A model generated the notes under the pieces. That model saw only the letters and a program-made list of their open reading frames with translations, had not been told where the DNA came from and searched no databases. Shown in pieces: positions 31,348-43,528 of a DNA stretch of 64,000 nt. The stretch is from an uncultured Actinomycetota bacterium. Lineage in GTDB: Bacteria; Actinomycetota; Actinomycetes; CAVWCF01. The stretch spans positions 640,001-704,000 of the forward strand of contig CAVWCF010000001.1 of assembly GCA_963753435.1 (NCBI GenBank). Reading direction: 5' to 3'. The first letter of the stretch is position 1. Every line of letters begins with the position of its first letter. Both the position numbers and the translations under genes were made by a program.

Positions 31348-32936
31348 CACTGCACCACGTCGGCCATGCGGGCTGAGGCGGCGCCGATTCGCGTCGAGAT
31401 GTCCGCGAGCACGTCGGCGGCCACCGGCGAGTCAACGGTGAGCACCATGAGGGCATCGCCCCCGGCCTCGGCTCGGCTGACCTGCATCCCGGCGATGTTC
31501 ACGCCCGCGTCGCCGAGAATCTGCCCAACGGTGCCGACCACGCCCGTCCGGTCGGGGTAGCGGAAGAACAGCAGGTGCGAACTGGGCTCCAGGTCGACAT
31601 CGAAGCCGTTGACCTCGACGAGCTTCTCCACGCGGCGACGGCCCACCAACGTCCCCGAGACGGAGACCTGTGACCCGTCCACGGCAGTGCCCCGAACCGT
31701 CAGCAGGTTGCGGTGGTCCGGGCTCTCCGTGCTGGTGTGCAGGGCAACCTCCACACCGCGCTCCTTGGCGAGCAGCGGCGCGTTCACGTAGGAGACCGAC
31801 TCCTCCACGATCGCGCTGAACGCACCCTTGAGCGACGCGAGTTCCAGCACCTTCACGTCGTGCTCGGCGATCTCACCGAGAACCTCGACGTCGATGCGCG
31901 CCAGCGCGTCGTCGGCCAACGCGGTGACGATGCGACCGAGTCGCTCCGCCAGCGGAAGACCGGGCTTCACGTCCTCGGCAATGTGGCCGCCCTGAACGTT
32001 CACCGCGTCGGGGACCAACTCACCGGACAAGGCCAGGCGCACAGAGCGGGCCACGGCCACGCCGGCCTTCTCCTGCGCCTCGTCCGTGGAGGCACCCAAG
32101 TGCGGCGTCGCAACCACGGAGTCGAACGCGAACAGAGGCGAATCGGTGCACGGCTCCTTGGCGAAGACGTCGACCCCGGCCCCGGCAACACGGCCGTCGG
32201 CCAGCGCCTGCGCCAGCGCCGCCTCGTCCACGATGCCGCCGCGGGCAGCGTTGATGATCCGCACGCTGGGCTTGACCTTGTGCAGCGCTTCGTCACCGAT
32301 GAGGCCAATGGTCTCCGGAGTCTTGGGCAGGTGGACGCTGATGAAGTCCGAGGTTGCCAGCAGTTCGTCCAGGTCGACCATGCGCACGCCCAACTGCCCC
32401 GCCCGCGCCGGTGGCACGTAGGGGTCGTAGGCGATCAACTGCATGCCGAACGCCGACAACCGCTGGGCCACGAGCATGCCGATGCGGCCGAGTCCGACGA
32501 TGCCCGCAACCTTGTCCTGCAACTCCACGCCGGAGTACTTCGACCGTTTCCACTCCCCCGCCTTCAGCGCGGCGTTGGCCGGGGCGATGTTGCGCGCGCA
32601 CGCGATCAACAGGCCCACAGCGATTTCTGCCGCGGACACGATGTTCGAAGTGGGGGCGTTGACGACCATGACGCCAGCGGCGGTCGAGGCCGGCACGTCC
32701 ACGTTGTCCAGCCCGACGCCGGCCCGCGCGATCACCTTGAGGTTCTTGGCCACAGCCAGCGCCTCAGCGTCCATCTGGGTAGCACTGCGGACCATGACCG
32801 CGTCAACTTCCGGCAATGCGGCCAGCAGTTGCTCCCGGTCCGCGCCGTCGCAGAAGCGAATCTCGAAGTCCGGTCCAAGTGCCTCGACGGTCGCCGGTGA
32901 CAACTCCTCGGCGATCAGAACGATCGGCTTGCTCAC
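31347..32936 (-). CDS. serA: D-3-phosphoglycerate dehydrogenase
   Basis: [16 protein letters not shown] and TPHLGAST motifs; C-terminal ACT domain. Confidence 0.96.
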   Translation of the reverse strand: MSKPIVLIAEELSPATVEALGPDFEIRFCDGADREQLLAALPEVDAVMVRSATQMDAEALAVAKNLKVIARAGVGLDNVDVPASTAAGVMVVNAPTSNIVSAAEIAVGLLIACARNIAPANAALKAGEWKRSKYSGVELQDKVAGIVGLGRIGMLVAQRLSAFGMQLIAYDPYVPPARAGQLGVRMVDLDELLATSDFISVHLPKTPETIGLIGDEALHKVKPSVRIINAARGGIVDEAALAQALADGRVAGAGVDVFAKEPCTDSPLFAFDSVVATPHLGASTDEAQEKAGVAVARSVRLALSGELVPDAVNVQGGHIAEDVKPGLPLAERLGRIVTALADDALARIDVEVLGEIAEHDVKVLELASLKGAFSAIVEESVSYVNAPLLAKERGVEVALHTSTESPDHRNLLTVRGTAVDGSQVSVSGTLVGRRRVEKLVEVNGFDVDLEPSSHLLFFRYPDRTGVVGTVGQILGDAGVNIAGMQVSRAEAGGDALMVLTVDSPVAADVLADISTRIGAASARMADVVQ

Positions 32937-32960
32937 AGTCTCCGCTTTCTACCGACGCCC

Positions 32961-34591
<1,631 letters not shown>

Positions 34592-34596
34592 CGGGC

Positions 34597-36339
34597 TCAC
34601 TCCTCGCGGTCCCACGACGGGGCCAGGCCCCGCGCGACCATGATTTCGTCGTTGCTGGTTCCGGCGGCGACCATCGGCCACACCATCGCGTCCTTGTGCA
34701 CCGTGAAGTCGACGACGACGGGTCGGTCGTTGATCGAAAGCGCCTTGTCGATGGTCGCGTCCACGTCCTCAGGTGCATCGCAGCGCAGCCCGGCGCACCC
34801 GTATGCCTCCGCCAACTTGGCGAAGTCGGGGATGCGCTTGGAGTGCAGGTCGGTGTTTGAGTACCGCTCGTTGTAGAACAGCGTCTGCCACTGGCGGACC
34901 ATGCCGAGCGACTCGTTGTTGATGACCGCCACCTTGATGGGAATGTCGTTGATGGCGCAGGTGGCCAACTCCTGGTTGGTCATCTGGAAGCAACCGTCGC
35001 CGTCGATGGCCCAGACGGTGGTGTCCGGTCGGCCCACCTTGGCCCCCATCGCCGCGGGGACCGCGAATCCCATGGTCCCCAGCCCGCCGCTGTTCAGCCA
35101 AGTTCCCGGCTTTTCGTACTTGATGAACTGCGCCGCCCACATCTGGTGCTGGCCGACGCCGGCGGCGAACACGGTGTCCGGGCCGGACATCGCCCCGATG
35201 CGCTCGATGACGTGCTGCGGCGACAGGCTGCCGTCTGCGGGCGCGTCGTAGCCCAGCGGGTAGGTCCGGCGCCACTGGTCCAACTGCGCCCACCAGGCCG
35301 CGTAGTCGCCGACGCGGCCGGACTCGTGCTCGGCGCGGATCATGCTGATGAGTTCGCGCAGGACGTTGCCGACGTCACCGACGATCGGCAGGTCGGCCTG
35401 CCGGTTCTTGGAGATCTCTGCCGGGTCAATGTCGGCGTGAATGACCGCGGCCCCCGGCGCGAAGGTGCTCAGGTTGCCGGTCACACGGTCGTCGAAGCGG
35501 GCGCCCAGCGCCACGATCAGGTCGGCCTTCTGCAGCCCGCCGACCGCGGCCACGGTGCCGTGCATGCCGGGCATGCCCAGGTGCTGGCGGTGGCTGTCCG
35601 GGAACGCGCCGCGGGCCATGAGGGTCGTCACCACCGGGGCTCCAGTGAGTTCGGCCAGCTCCAGGAGCGCGGCCGAGGCCCGGGCCTTGATCACGCCGCC
35701 ACCGACGTAGAGGACCGGGCGACGCGCCTGCACGATCATGCTGGCCGCCTCGCGGACCTGCCGGGAGTGCGGTTTGGTCGTCGGCTTGTAGCCGGGCAGG
35801 TCCAGGGCATGCGGCCAGGTGAATCCAGTGGTGGCCTGCAGCGCGTCCTTGGAGATGTCAACCAGAACCGGCCCGGGTCGCCCGGTTGCGGCGATGTGGA
35901 ACGCCTCGGCAATGGCCCGGGGGATCTCCGCCGGGTCGGTGATCAAGTAGTTGTGCTTGGTGATGGGCATCGTGATGCCCCGGATGTCCGCCTCTTGGAA
36001 GGCGTCGGTCCCGATGGCGGCGCTGGGGACCTGACCGGTGATGGCCACCAGGGGCACGGAGTCCATGTAGGAGTCGGCGATCGGGGTGACGAGGTTGGTG
36101 GCGCCGGGGCCGGAGGTGGCCATGCAGACCCCGACTCGGCCCGTGGCCAGCGCGTACCCCTGGGCTGCGTGGCCGGCGCCCTGCTCGTGCCGGACCAGGA
36201 TGTGGCGGACCTGCGAGGTGTCCATCAACGGGTCGTACGCGGGCAGGATCGCCCCACCCGGGATGCCGAAGACCGTCTCTACCCCCGCGTGCTCCAGCGA
36301 TCGCACGAGGGACTGCGCGCCGGTGATCTGCTCGCTCAT
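34597..36339 (-). CDS. ilvB: Acetolactate synthase large subunit
   Basis: [20 protein letters not shown] and [10 protein letters not shown] motif. Confidence 0.97.
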   Translation of the reverse strand: MSEQITGAQSLVRSLEHAGVETVFGIPGGAILPAYDPLMDTSQVRHILVRHEQGAGHAAQGYALATGRVGVCMATSGPGATNLVTPIADSYMDSVPLVAITGQVPSAAIGTDAFQEADIRGITMPITKHNYLITDPAEIPRAIAEAFHIAATGRPGPVLVDISKDALQATTGFTWPHALDLPGYKPTTKPHSRQVREAASMIVQARRPVLYVGGGVIKARASAALLELAELTGAPVVTTLMARGAFPDSHRQHLGMPGMHGTVAAVGGLQKADLIVALGARFDDRVTGNLSTFAPGAAVIHADIDPAEISKNRQADLPIVGDVGNVLRELISMIRAEHESGRVGDYAAWWAQLDQWRRTYPLGYDAPADGSLSPQHVIERIGAMSGPDTVFAAGVGQHQMWAAQFIKYEKPGTWLNSGGLGTMGFAVPAAMGAKVGRPDTTVWAIDGDGCFQMTNQELATCAINDIPIKVAVINNESLGMVRQWQTLFYNERYSNTDLHSKRIPDFAKLAEAYGCAGLRCDAPEDVDATIDKALSINDRPVVVDFTVHKDAMVWPMVAAGTSNDEIMVARGLAPSWDREE

Positions 36340-36375
36340 CTGGCTTCCTTGGGGATCGTTCGGGGGCGGGACATG

Positions 36376-36410
36376 AAAAAGCCCCTCCGCCATTGTGGCT
36401 GACGAGGGGC
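36376..36410 (-). terminator. ilvB attenuator terminator
   Basis: GCCCCTC...GAGGGGC followed by TTTTT on the minus strand, between the leader peptide and ilvB. Confidence 0.88.
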
Positions 36411-36432
36411 GCGCGTCCGACAGGCGGGCGCG

Positions 36433-36462
36433 CTAGATAACTACTACCTGAGTGCTGTGCAC
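36433..36462 (-). CDS. ilvB operon leader peptide MHSTQVVVI
   Basis: GTG CAC AGC ACT CAG GTA GTA GTT ATC TAG, immediately upstream of the terminator. Confidence 0.8.
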   Translation of the reverse strand: MHSTQVVVI

Positions 36463-36525
36463 GCGCAAAGGGTGACTGATGCGGGCCGGTTAGTCAACAC
36501 CGCCGAGGCCGCAGCCGGGGCCGAG

Positions 36526-38208
36526 TCAGCCGGTGACGGCTCCAGTGGCCGCACTCGACACCAGGCGCGTGTACTTGGCCAGCACGCCGCGGTCGTAGCG
36601 CGGGGGCAGTGGCGACCACTGTTCGCGGCGCCGCGCCAGCTCGGCGTCGTCGACCAGCAGGTCGATGGTCCGGGCCGCGACGTCAACGCGGATGCGGTCC
36701 CCGTCGGCCACCAGGGCGATCGGCCCGCCGTCCACGGCTTCGGGAGCGATGTGTCCGATGCACAGCCCGGTCGTGCCGCCGGAGAAGCGGCCGTCGGTGA
36801 GGAGGAGTACGTCCTTGCCCAGGCCGGCGCCCTTGATGGCCCCGGTGATGGCGAGCATCTCGCGCATGCCTGGGCCGCCCTTGGGGCCCTCGTAACGGAT
36901 TACGACCACGTCCCCGGCCGACAACTGTCCGGCCTCCAACGCGTCCATCGCCGCCCGCTCCCGCTCAAACACGCGGGCGATTCCCTCGAAGACCTCTGCG
37001 TCGAAACCGGCGGTCTTGACGACAGCGCCGTCGGGGGCGAGTGACCCCCGCAGGATCGCGAGCCCACCGCTGGCGTGAATGGGATCGGATATGGCGCGCA
37101 CGATCTGGCCGTCAGGGTCCGGCGGGGAGATCTCGGCCAGGTTCTCGGCCATGGTCTTGCCGGTGACGGTCAAAGCATCCCCGTGCAGGAGTCCGGCGTC
37201 CAACAGCGCCCGCATCACCACGGGCACCCCGCCAATGCGGTCGACGTCGGTCATGACGTACCGGCCGAACGGCTTGACGTCGGCCAGGTGCGGCACCCGG
37301 TCGCCGATGCGGTTGAAGTCGTCCAAGGTCAGCTCGACCTCGGCCTCGTGCGCGATGGCCAACAGGTGCAGCACAGCGTTGGTCGAACCGCCGACCGCCA
37401 TGACTACGGCGATCGCGTTCTCGAACGCCGCACGCGTCAGGATCTGCCGCGCCGTGATCCCCTGCTCCAGCATGCGCACTACTGCTTCGCCGGACCGCCG
37501 GGCGTAGCCGTCGCGCCGGCGGTCGACGGCCGGGGGCGCCGCCGAACCGGGTAGGGACATGCCGAGGGCCTCGGCAACGCTGGCCATGGTGTTGGCGGTG
37601 TACATGCCGCCGCAGGCGCCTTCACCCGGACAGATCGCCCGCTCGATGGCGTCGACCTCTGCACGAGTGATCAGCCCCCGCGCGCAAGCGCCCACGGCCT
37701 CGAAGGCGTCGATGATGGTTACGTCCTTGTCGCCAAGGCGGCCCGGCATAGTGGATCCGGCGTAGAGGAACACCGCAGCCAGGTCCAGGCGTGCCGCGGC
37801 CATGAGCATTCCCGGCAGCGACTTGTCGCATCCGGCCAACAGCACCGCACCGTCGAGCCGCTCCGCCTGCATGACGGTTTCAACGGAGTCCGCGATGACC
37901 TCTCGGCTGACCAGGGAGAAGTGCATCCCCTCATGCCCCATGGAGATGCCGTCGGAAACCGAGATGGTTCCGAACTCCAACGGGTACCCGCCGGCGGCGT
38001 GCACACCCTCCTTGGAGGCGGTCGCGAGCCGGGCCAGGCTCAGGTTGCAGGGGGTGATCTCGTTCCAGGACGAGGCCACGCCGATCTGCGGCTTGACCCA
38101 GTCGTCGTCGCCCATACCGACCGCGCGCAGCATCCCGCGGGCGGCGGCACGCTCCAGCCCGTCGGTGACGTCGCGGCTGCGCGGTTTGATGTCCGGTGCG
38201 TCGTTCAT
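36526..38208 (-). CDS. ilvD: Dihydroxy-acid dehydratase
   Basis: [28 protein letters not shown] and TDGRFSGG motifs. Confidence 0.97.
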   Translation of the reverse strand: MNDAPDIKPRSRDVTDGLERAAARGMLRAVGMGDDDWVKPQIGVASSWNEITPCNLSLARLATASKEGVHAAGGYPLEFGTISVSDGISMGHEGMHFSLVSREVIADSVETVMQAERLDGAVLLAGCDKSLPGMLMAAARLDLAAVFLYAGSTMPGRLGDKDVTIIDAFEAVGACARGLITRAEVDAIERAICPGEGACGGMYTANTMASVAEALGMSLPGSAAPPAVDRRRDGYARRSGEAVVRMLEQGITARQILTRAAFENAIAVVMAVGGSTNAVLHLLAIAHEAEVELTLDDFNRIGDRVPHLADVKPFGRYVMTDVDRIGGVPVVMRALLDAGLLHGDALTVTGKTMAENLAEISPPDPDGQIVRAISDPIHASGGLAILRGSLAPDGAVVKTAGFDAEVFEGIARVFERERAAMDALEAGQLSAGDVVVIRYEGPKGGPGMREMLAITGAIKGAGLGKDVLLLTDGRFSGGTTGLCIGHIAPEAVDGGPIALVADGDRIRVDVAARTIDLLVDDAELARRREQWSPLPPRYDRGVLAKYTRLVSSAATGAVTG

Positions 38209-39149
38209 GCGCTGACGCTATCCGGGCGCGGCATGACGTTGAGCAGAGGTTGACCGGCGGCGAACCGCTGCAGTTGCTCAGCCACCAGGCGGTGCGCCCG
38301 CGGCAGGAAAGCGCTCGTGTTGCCGCCGACGTGCGGGGAGATCAGCACGTTCGGTTCGGCCCACAGCGGGTGGTCGGCGGGCAACGGTTCCGGATCGGTC
38401 ACGTCCAGGGCGGCGCGCACCTGACCGGACCTGACCGCGCTCAGCAGGTCCTCGGTCACCACCACCGGGCCGCGTGCGGCGTTGACGAGCAGGGCTCCCG
38501 GCTTCATCCGGCCCAGGAACTCGGCGTCCACCAGGCCCTTGGTCTGCTCGGTCAGCGGCGTCACGAGGACGACTACGTCGGCGTGGGGCAGCAACTGCGG
38601 CAGGTCGTCGAAACCGTGGACCTGTGGGTCGCCCTGGCGTTGCGACCTGGCAACCCGCAGCATCTCCACCTCGAAACCGGCCAGGCGTCGTTCGATTGCT
38701 TCTCCGACTGACCCGTACCCGACAATCAGAACGGTCTTGTCGGCCAGGGCCTCGTAGCGGCCGTAGCGCCATTCGCCGGTGGCCTGGGCCCGCACGAACT
38801 CGGGGATGCGCCGCAGCGAGGCGATGATCAACCCGACGACCAGTTCCGCCGTGGACGCGTCGTGGACCCCCCTGGCGTTGCACAACTCCGCGCCGCGCGG
38901 CAGGTGCGGCCACACGTTGTCGACGCCGGCGGTCAGCGTCTGCACCACCTCCAGCGAAGGCATGCGCCCGCAGATCGCGACCGTGTGCTCCGGGGCCATG
39001 TACGGCGGGACGTAGAAGGCGACCTCGTCGATGCCGGGCGGCTCGACATCGCCGGTGTAGACCTCGGCCCGAAGTCCGGATGGCAGTCCGCCCACGTCCG
39101 CTGGGGGGAACGGCAGCCACACAAGTCGCTCGGGAGGGTCGGGGCTCAC
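38205..39149 (-). CDS. D-isomer-specific 2-hydroxyacid dehydrogenase
   Basis: [20 protein letters not shown] and SPHVGG motifs; start 39149 or 39176. Confidence 0.9.
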   Translation of the reverse strand: MSPDPPERLVWLPFPPADVGGLPSGLRAEVYTGDVEPPGIDEVAFYVPPYMAPEHTVAICGRMPSLEVVQTLTAGVDNVWPHLPRGAELCNARGVHDASTAELVVGLIIASLRRIPEFVRAQATGEWRYGRYEALADKTVLIVGYGSVGEAIERRLAGFEVEMLRVARSQRQGDPQVHGFDDLPQLLPHADVVVLVTPLTEQTKGLVDAEFLGRMKPGALLVNAARGPVVVTEDLLSAVRSGQVRAALDVTDPEPLPADHPLWAEPNVLISPHVGGNTSAFLPRAHRLVAEQLQRFAAGQPLLNVMPRPDSVSA

Positions 39150-39185
39150 GACGCGCGAGGCTAGCGAGCCATTCACAATGGAGAC

Positions 39186-40301
39186 ATGAAGGACCCCCGC
39201 TGGTTCGCCGCGGCTGCAGCCGGTGCTCTGGTGCTGACGCTTGCCGGATGCAGCTCAGGCGACGACGTCGCCGAGCCATCGGCCGCACCGACATCACCCT
39301 CGACGTCGCCGCCTGGAAGTCCATCGGCGGCGCCGATCCCGGACGTCGCCGTTGCGGCGGATGTCGCGACCGGGCTAGAGGTCCCCTGGGGTATCGCCGC
39401 GTTGCCCGCAGGCGGAGCGCTGGTCAGCGAACGCATCAGTGGGCAAGTCCTTCGGGTGGCGGCCGATGGCACTGCCACAGCGCTGGGACGCGTGCCCGGG
39501 GTGCAGGCGCGTGGTGAAGGCGGACTGCTGGGCCTCGCGGTGGACCCCGCCGACCCAGACTTCTTCTTCGCCTACCTGACGGCTGGTTCGGACAACCGTG
39601 TCGTCCGCGTTCAGTTCGCCGGTGACCGACTCGGTGCCGTCGAGCCGCTGCTCACCGGAATCCCGTCGGATGCGATCCACAACGGCGGACGGCTGCTCGT
39701 GGGACCGGACCGGTTCTTGTACGTGGCCACCGGGGATGCCGGCGACGGCGACCTCGCCCAGGACACCGGGTCACTGGCGGGCAAGATCCTGAGGCTCAAC
39801 GTGGACGGTTCGATTCCCGCGGACAACCCGTTCGGGAACCCGGTTTGGAGCTACGGGCATCGCAACGTGCAGGGCCTGGCGTTCGATTCGGCCGGGCGGC
39901 TCTGGGCCAGCGAGTTCGGTTCAAAGTTGGCCGACGAACTCAACCTGATCGAGCGCGGTGGCAACTACGGCTGGCCGGTGGTCGAGGGCACCGCTGATGG
40001 CTTCCGCGACTTCATTGACCCGCAGGTCACCTGGCCCACCGACGAGGCGTCCCCCAGCGGTCTGGTGATCGTGGACGACATCGCTTACCTGGCGGCCCTA
40101 CGCGGGCAGCGCCTTTGGCAGGTGCCGCTGACCGACGGCGTGGCTGGAACCCCACGGGCGTGGCTTGAGGATGAACTGGGCCGACTGCGCACCCTGGCGG
40201 TCCTGCCGGACGGTCAGGTCTGGCTGACGACGTCCAACCGTGATGGGCGCGGCGATCCCCGTGATGGCGACGACCGGATCGTCCGCCTCTCCTTCACATA
40301 G
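39186..40301 (+). CDS. PQQ-dependent glucose/sorbosone dehydrogenase family lipoprotein
   Basis: LAGC lipobox; GEGGLLG, HNGGR, GKILR, YGHRNVQG and NYGWP motifs. Confidence 0.92.
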   Translation: MKDPRWFAAAAAGALVLTLAGCSSGDDVAEPSAAPTSPSTSPPGSPSAAPIPDVAVAADVATGLEVPWGIAALPAGGALVSERISGQVLRVAADGTATALGRVPGVQARGEGGLLGLAVDPADPDFFFAYLTAGSDNRVVRVQFAGDRLGAVEPLLTGIPSDAIHNGGRLLVGPDRFLYVATGDAGDGDLAQDTGSLAGKILRLNVDGSIPADNPFGNPVWSYGHRNVQGLAFDSAGRLWASEFGSKLADELNLIERGGNYGWPVVEGTADGFRDFIDPQVTWPTDEASPSGLVIVDDIAYLAALRGQRLWQVPLTDGVAGTPRAWLEDELGRLRTLAVLPDGQVWLTTSNRDGRGDPRDGDDRIVRLSFT

Positions 40302-40308
40302 CCCGCCT

Positions 40309-41532
40309 CTAGACGAGCGCAGGAGCACGGGGGGCGGACGCTCGCGGATAGCCAAGCGTGCTGCCGTCCGGTCGACTGACGCTGACCGCGGCACCGTCCA
40401 ACTCGAGCCGGAACCCGCCTTCGTGAACCGCGCGATGGTGCCGACGACACAGGAGCACCAGATTCGACCTGTCGGTAGCCCCACCGTGCGCCCACGGCAC
40501 CACATGATGGGCATCGCACCAGGCGACCGGGCGGTCGCACCCGGGGAAGCGGCAGCCGCCATCCCGGGCGGCCAGGAATCGGCGCAGCCGCTGCGGGACG
40601 ACCCTGGTGCTCCTGCCCACATCGATCGGATCGCCGGAGCGCATGAGCAGTGGTGTCAGCATCGCGTCGCAGGCGAGCCGCTGCGTCGCCGTGGCGCCGA
40701 GTGGCAGATCACGGACAGCGCCCAGCAGTTGAGCGCCGCCATGGCCGTCGCTCAGCGCCCGATAGTCGACGGCAACCAGCAGGTGCGGTCGGTCACCCGC
40801 CACCTGCGGCATCGCCCCGGTGTCCAGGGCCATCCGCGCCAACTCGACGAGCGCGTCGGCGCGACGCTGGGCCGACGTCCGCCCGTCCTCACTGGCACCT
40901 GGGGCGGCTAGGGCCTGTACGGCCGCCATGAGCGTGGCCCCCGACTCCGGGTCCAGCAGTCCATCGATGGCGACCATGCCGTGCAGGGTTGGCGAAATGG
41001 ACAACCGGCGCAGTTCATGGGCGCGTTGCTCATCCGCTACGGCCGCGGCCGGGTCGACCGCATCGGCCCATCGGCGAACCACGGTCGCAAACATGCGCGG
41101 CCCCAATCGGCGGGCCGCGTCGATGAGCAGCGGCTCCGCCTCGGCCAGGCTGGCCCGCCGGTTCGGATTGGCGGTGGCGGCTCGCGCGATCACCCGGACG
41201 TGGTCACTGCCGATCTCGCCGGCAGCAAGAGCCGCAGCAGTCAGTGGGAGGTCATCACGCAGGAGCCGAGCGGTCCGCAACTGATCGCGCGCCGCCCCTT
41301 CAGTCACGCGCGCTTCATGCCGCAGCCAGGCTGCGGGGGTGACCGCACCGTCGGCCTGCCACGCAGCCCCGGCCTCGAAGGCAGCGGTGGTGCGCAACAG
41401 TTCTGCGTGCAGCCGAGCGGCGGCTCGGTGCAACGCGAGGAGTCGGTTGGGCAGATCCGCGGCTGGCAGCTCAATCGTGGGTTCGCTCGCCAGCTCGTCT
41501 ATCGCCGCGGACAGCCGATTCAGGCCATCCAT
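40309..41532 (-). CDS. DUF222 + HNH endonuclease (13E12-repeat type)
   Basis: QRRADAL, LACDA and RDGGCRFPGC...CDAHHVVPW..GG.T...NLVLLCRRHH motifs. Confidence 0.92.
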   Translation of the reverse strand: MDGLNRLSAAIDELASEPTIELPAADLPNRLLALHRAAARLHAELLRTTAAFEAGAAWQADGAVTPAAWLRHEARVTEGAARDQLRTARLLRDDLPLTAAALAAGEIGSDHVRVIARAATANPNRRASLAEAEPLLIDAARRLGPRMFATVVRRWADAVDPAAAVADEQRAHELRRLSISPTLHGMVAIDGLLDPESGATLMAAVQALAAPGASEDGRTSAQRRADALVELARMALDTGAMPQVAGDRPHLLVAVDYRALSDGHGGAQLLGAVRDLPLGATATQRLACDAMLTPLLMRSGDPIDVGRSTRVVPQRLRRFLAARDGGCRFPGCDRPVAWCDAHHVVPWAHGGATDRSNLVLLCRRHHRAVHEGGFRLELDGAAVSVSRPDGSTLGYPRASAPRAPALV

Positions 41533-41538
41533 GCGAGC

Positions 41539-41560
41539 AAGCTAGGCAAGGGGTCCGACA
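41539..41560 (-). promoter_or_regulatory. PafBC-type (RecA-NDp) DNA-damage promoter, leaderless
   Basis: TGTCGG-N10-TAGCTT-N6-ATG. Confidence 0.8.
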
Positions 41561-41612
41561 GGAACTCGCCGACATAATCCACACTCGAGCCCGTTCGCGG
41601 CCAGGAGGTCAG

Positions 41613-42042
41613 ATGACGCGCGAGAGTCAGGTATCGGGCGTTGCCGACGCCGGCCCGTTCTTCCACGGCACCAAATCGCAACTGGCAACCTGGAGACCTG
41701 CTCGCGCCCGGCAGGCAGTCGAACTTCGGGTCGCGGCAGGTCTCCAACTTCGTCTACGTCACCGCGACCATGGACGCAGCCACCTGGGGAGCCGAACTCG
41801 CCGATGGCGACGGACCGGGGCGGATCTACCAGGTCGAGCCGACGGGGCCGATTGAAGACGACCCGAACCTGACCAACAAGAAGTTCCCCGGCAACCCGAC
41901 CAGGTCATATCGATCCCGCGAACCGCTGCGAGTCATCGCGGAAGTCGTCGACTGGGAGGCCCACAGCGCTGAACAGTTGACCGCGATGCGAGAGCACCTT
42001 GCCGAACTCAAGCGGCAGGGAGTCGAAGCGATCAACGACTAG
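41613..42042 (+). pseudogene. arr: NAD+--rifampin ADP-ribosyltransferase with a +1 frameshift near 41684
   Basis: AGGAGG SD and ATG 41613 give GPFFHGTKSQL. The remainder (QPGDLL...VEPTGPIEDDPNLTNKKFPGNPTRSYRS) is in the next frame. Confidence 0.88.
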
Positions 42043-42102
42043 GTCGCGCCGAATCTCAAGTCGCTACCGTGGGCTCAACCGTCGACCCAGGAGGTGACAG
42101 TG

Positions 42103-42648
42103 ATGTCCGGATCAGGTGGGGGCGCGGACTCGACACCGATCAGCCCGCCGGTCGACGAGGTCTACCCCGAAGAGGCGGGACCGGGACGAGACCTGCAACG
42201 CAAGGCCGCGTACGCCTTTCGACGGGACTGCCGCCAGGACGTATCGGTGCATCTCGCCTTCCGCGACGCGGTAGGCAGTGGGGAGCCGGCGGCAGTCGAG
42301 CAAGCCCGCGCGCTCTTGGACGAAGCGGTCGAAGCCGACGCTTGGAGTGCCGCGCAGCACGCCCACCAAGTTCTCGTGATCCGGGCGAAACGGGCCGCCG
42401 GGCCGGACCCCGAGACACGCGAGTCGGTCATCCCGGGGTTGTCCGACCGGGAGGCATGGGACGCCGCCGCGCCAGTGCGCCGCGAACTTGAGGTGCTGGC
42501 CGATCTTCGTCGCCAGCACGAAAGGGCCGTCGCCAGCGGCCAGCCGGCGCCAGGGTCAAGTGAGCTCGCGCAAATCGAGGATGCGTTGCGTGCCCAGGAG
42601 GGACTTTGCGCGCGGCTGGAACCCGTAGCGCGGCCCGCTGGGGCCTAA
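42103..42648 (+). CDS. Hypothetical helical protein
   Basis: AGGAGGT SD; fills the gap between arr and the ankyrin gene; no motif recognised. Confidence 0.6.
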   Translation: MSGSGGGADSTPISPPVDEVYPEEAGPGRDLQRKAAYAFRRDCRQDVSVHLAFRDAVGSGEPAAVEQARALLDEAVEADAWSAAQHAHQVLVIRAKRAAGPDPETRESVIPGLSDREAWDAAAPVRRELEVLADLRRQHERAVASGQPAPGSSELAQIEDALRAQEGLCARLEPVARPAGA

Positions 42649-42717
42649 CGTTCGGGACCGCGCGCGCAAGCCACGGATCACGTATTCGGAACCCTCAAGA
42701 GCGCTGGGATTCGCCGG

Positions 42718-43500
42718 TCAGGGTCGGGCACCGGCAGCGCTCAGGACTGCGGCGATCTCGTCGTACCCCCGCGAGGTCGCCTGCGCGAGAGGCCGCTGGC
42801 CGTTGCCAACCAAGTTCACATCAGCACCGGCGTCGACGAGCAGTCGGACAACCTCAACGTGAGCCGGCCCGCCATCGCCCAGGACGATCGCCTCGTGAAG
42901 CGCCGTCCAACCAAGCCGGTTGACGTGATTCACGTCGATGTCGGTCTGAAGTAGCCGAGCGATGATGCGCGGGTAGCCACGCTCAGCGGCCCTGATCAGC
43001 CCCGTCCCGTTGAACGAATCGCGGGAGTCGGCCGTCGCCCCGCCGTCGAGCAGCAAGTCGAGCAGCGATGGGTCATCCCCGACTTCGCTCGTCGCGATTA
43101 GGTACGCACTCTGGACCGTGGCGTCCTTCTCGTCCGGATTCCCACCCCCCACCAGCAGCACCCTGGCGACATCCACATGGTTGCCGTACGCGGCCGCCAC
43201 CAGCGGCGTACGACCGCGCGCGTCCGTCGCCCGGACACTCGCCCCCCGCCGGAGCAGGCTCTCCACCTCTTCTAGGTCACCGCGAGCCGCGGCCGCTATC
43301 AGCGGCAGATCGAGTGCGGATTCACGTGTAGGAGCAGGACCTGGTGACCCAGGAGACATCGTCGCCCGCGGGCTGGCTTCGGACTCCCGACTCGGCTCCC
43401 CGGTGGCAGTCACGGTCGGGGTTGCCGTAGGAACGGACTCGCCGACCGTCGTGCAACCGGCCAGAAGTACCACCTGGGCAACCATTACTGGCCACCTCAC
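42718..43500 (-). CDS. Ankyrin-repeat lipoprotein
   Basis: LAGC lipobox; GRTPLVAAA, GTGLIRAAERG and GWTALHEA repeats. Confidence 0.88.
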   Translation of the reverse strand: MRWPVMVAQVVLLAGCTTVGESVPTATPTVTATGEPSRESEASPRATMSPGSPGPAPTRESALDLPLIAAAARGDLEEVESLLRRGASVRATDARGRTPLVAAAYGNHVDVARVLLVGGGNPDEKDATVQSAYLIATSEVGDDPSLLDLLLDGGATADSRDSFNGTGLIRAAERGYPRIIARLLQTDIDVNHVNRLGWTALHEAIVLGDGGPAHVEVVRLLVDAGADVNLVGNGQRPLAQATSRGYDEIAAVLSAAGARP

Positions 43501-43528
43501 GCGAGCATCCTAGGCTTCGGTCGGAAGG

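Noticed and set aside
41533-41612. Rifamycin-associated element (RAE) upstream of arr
   Set aside because: I could not see the expected inverted repeat in this spacer.
41641-42042. Intact 133-aa Arr starting at TTG 41641
   Set aside because: Its N-terminus is non-homologous and lacks the HGT motif, which lies in the other frame.
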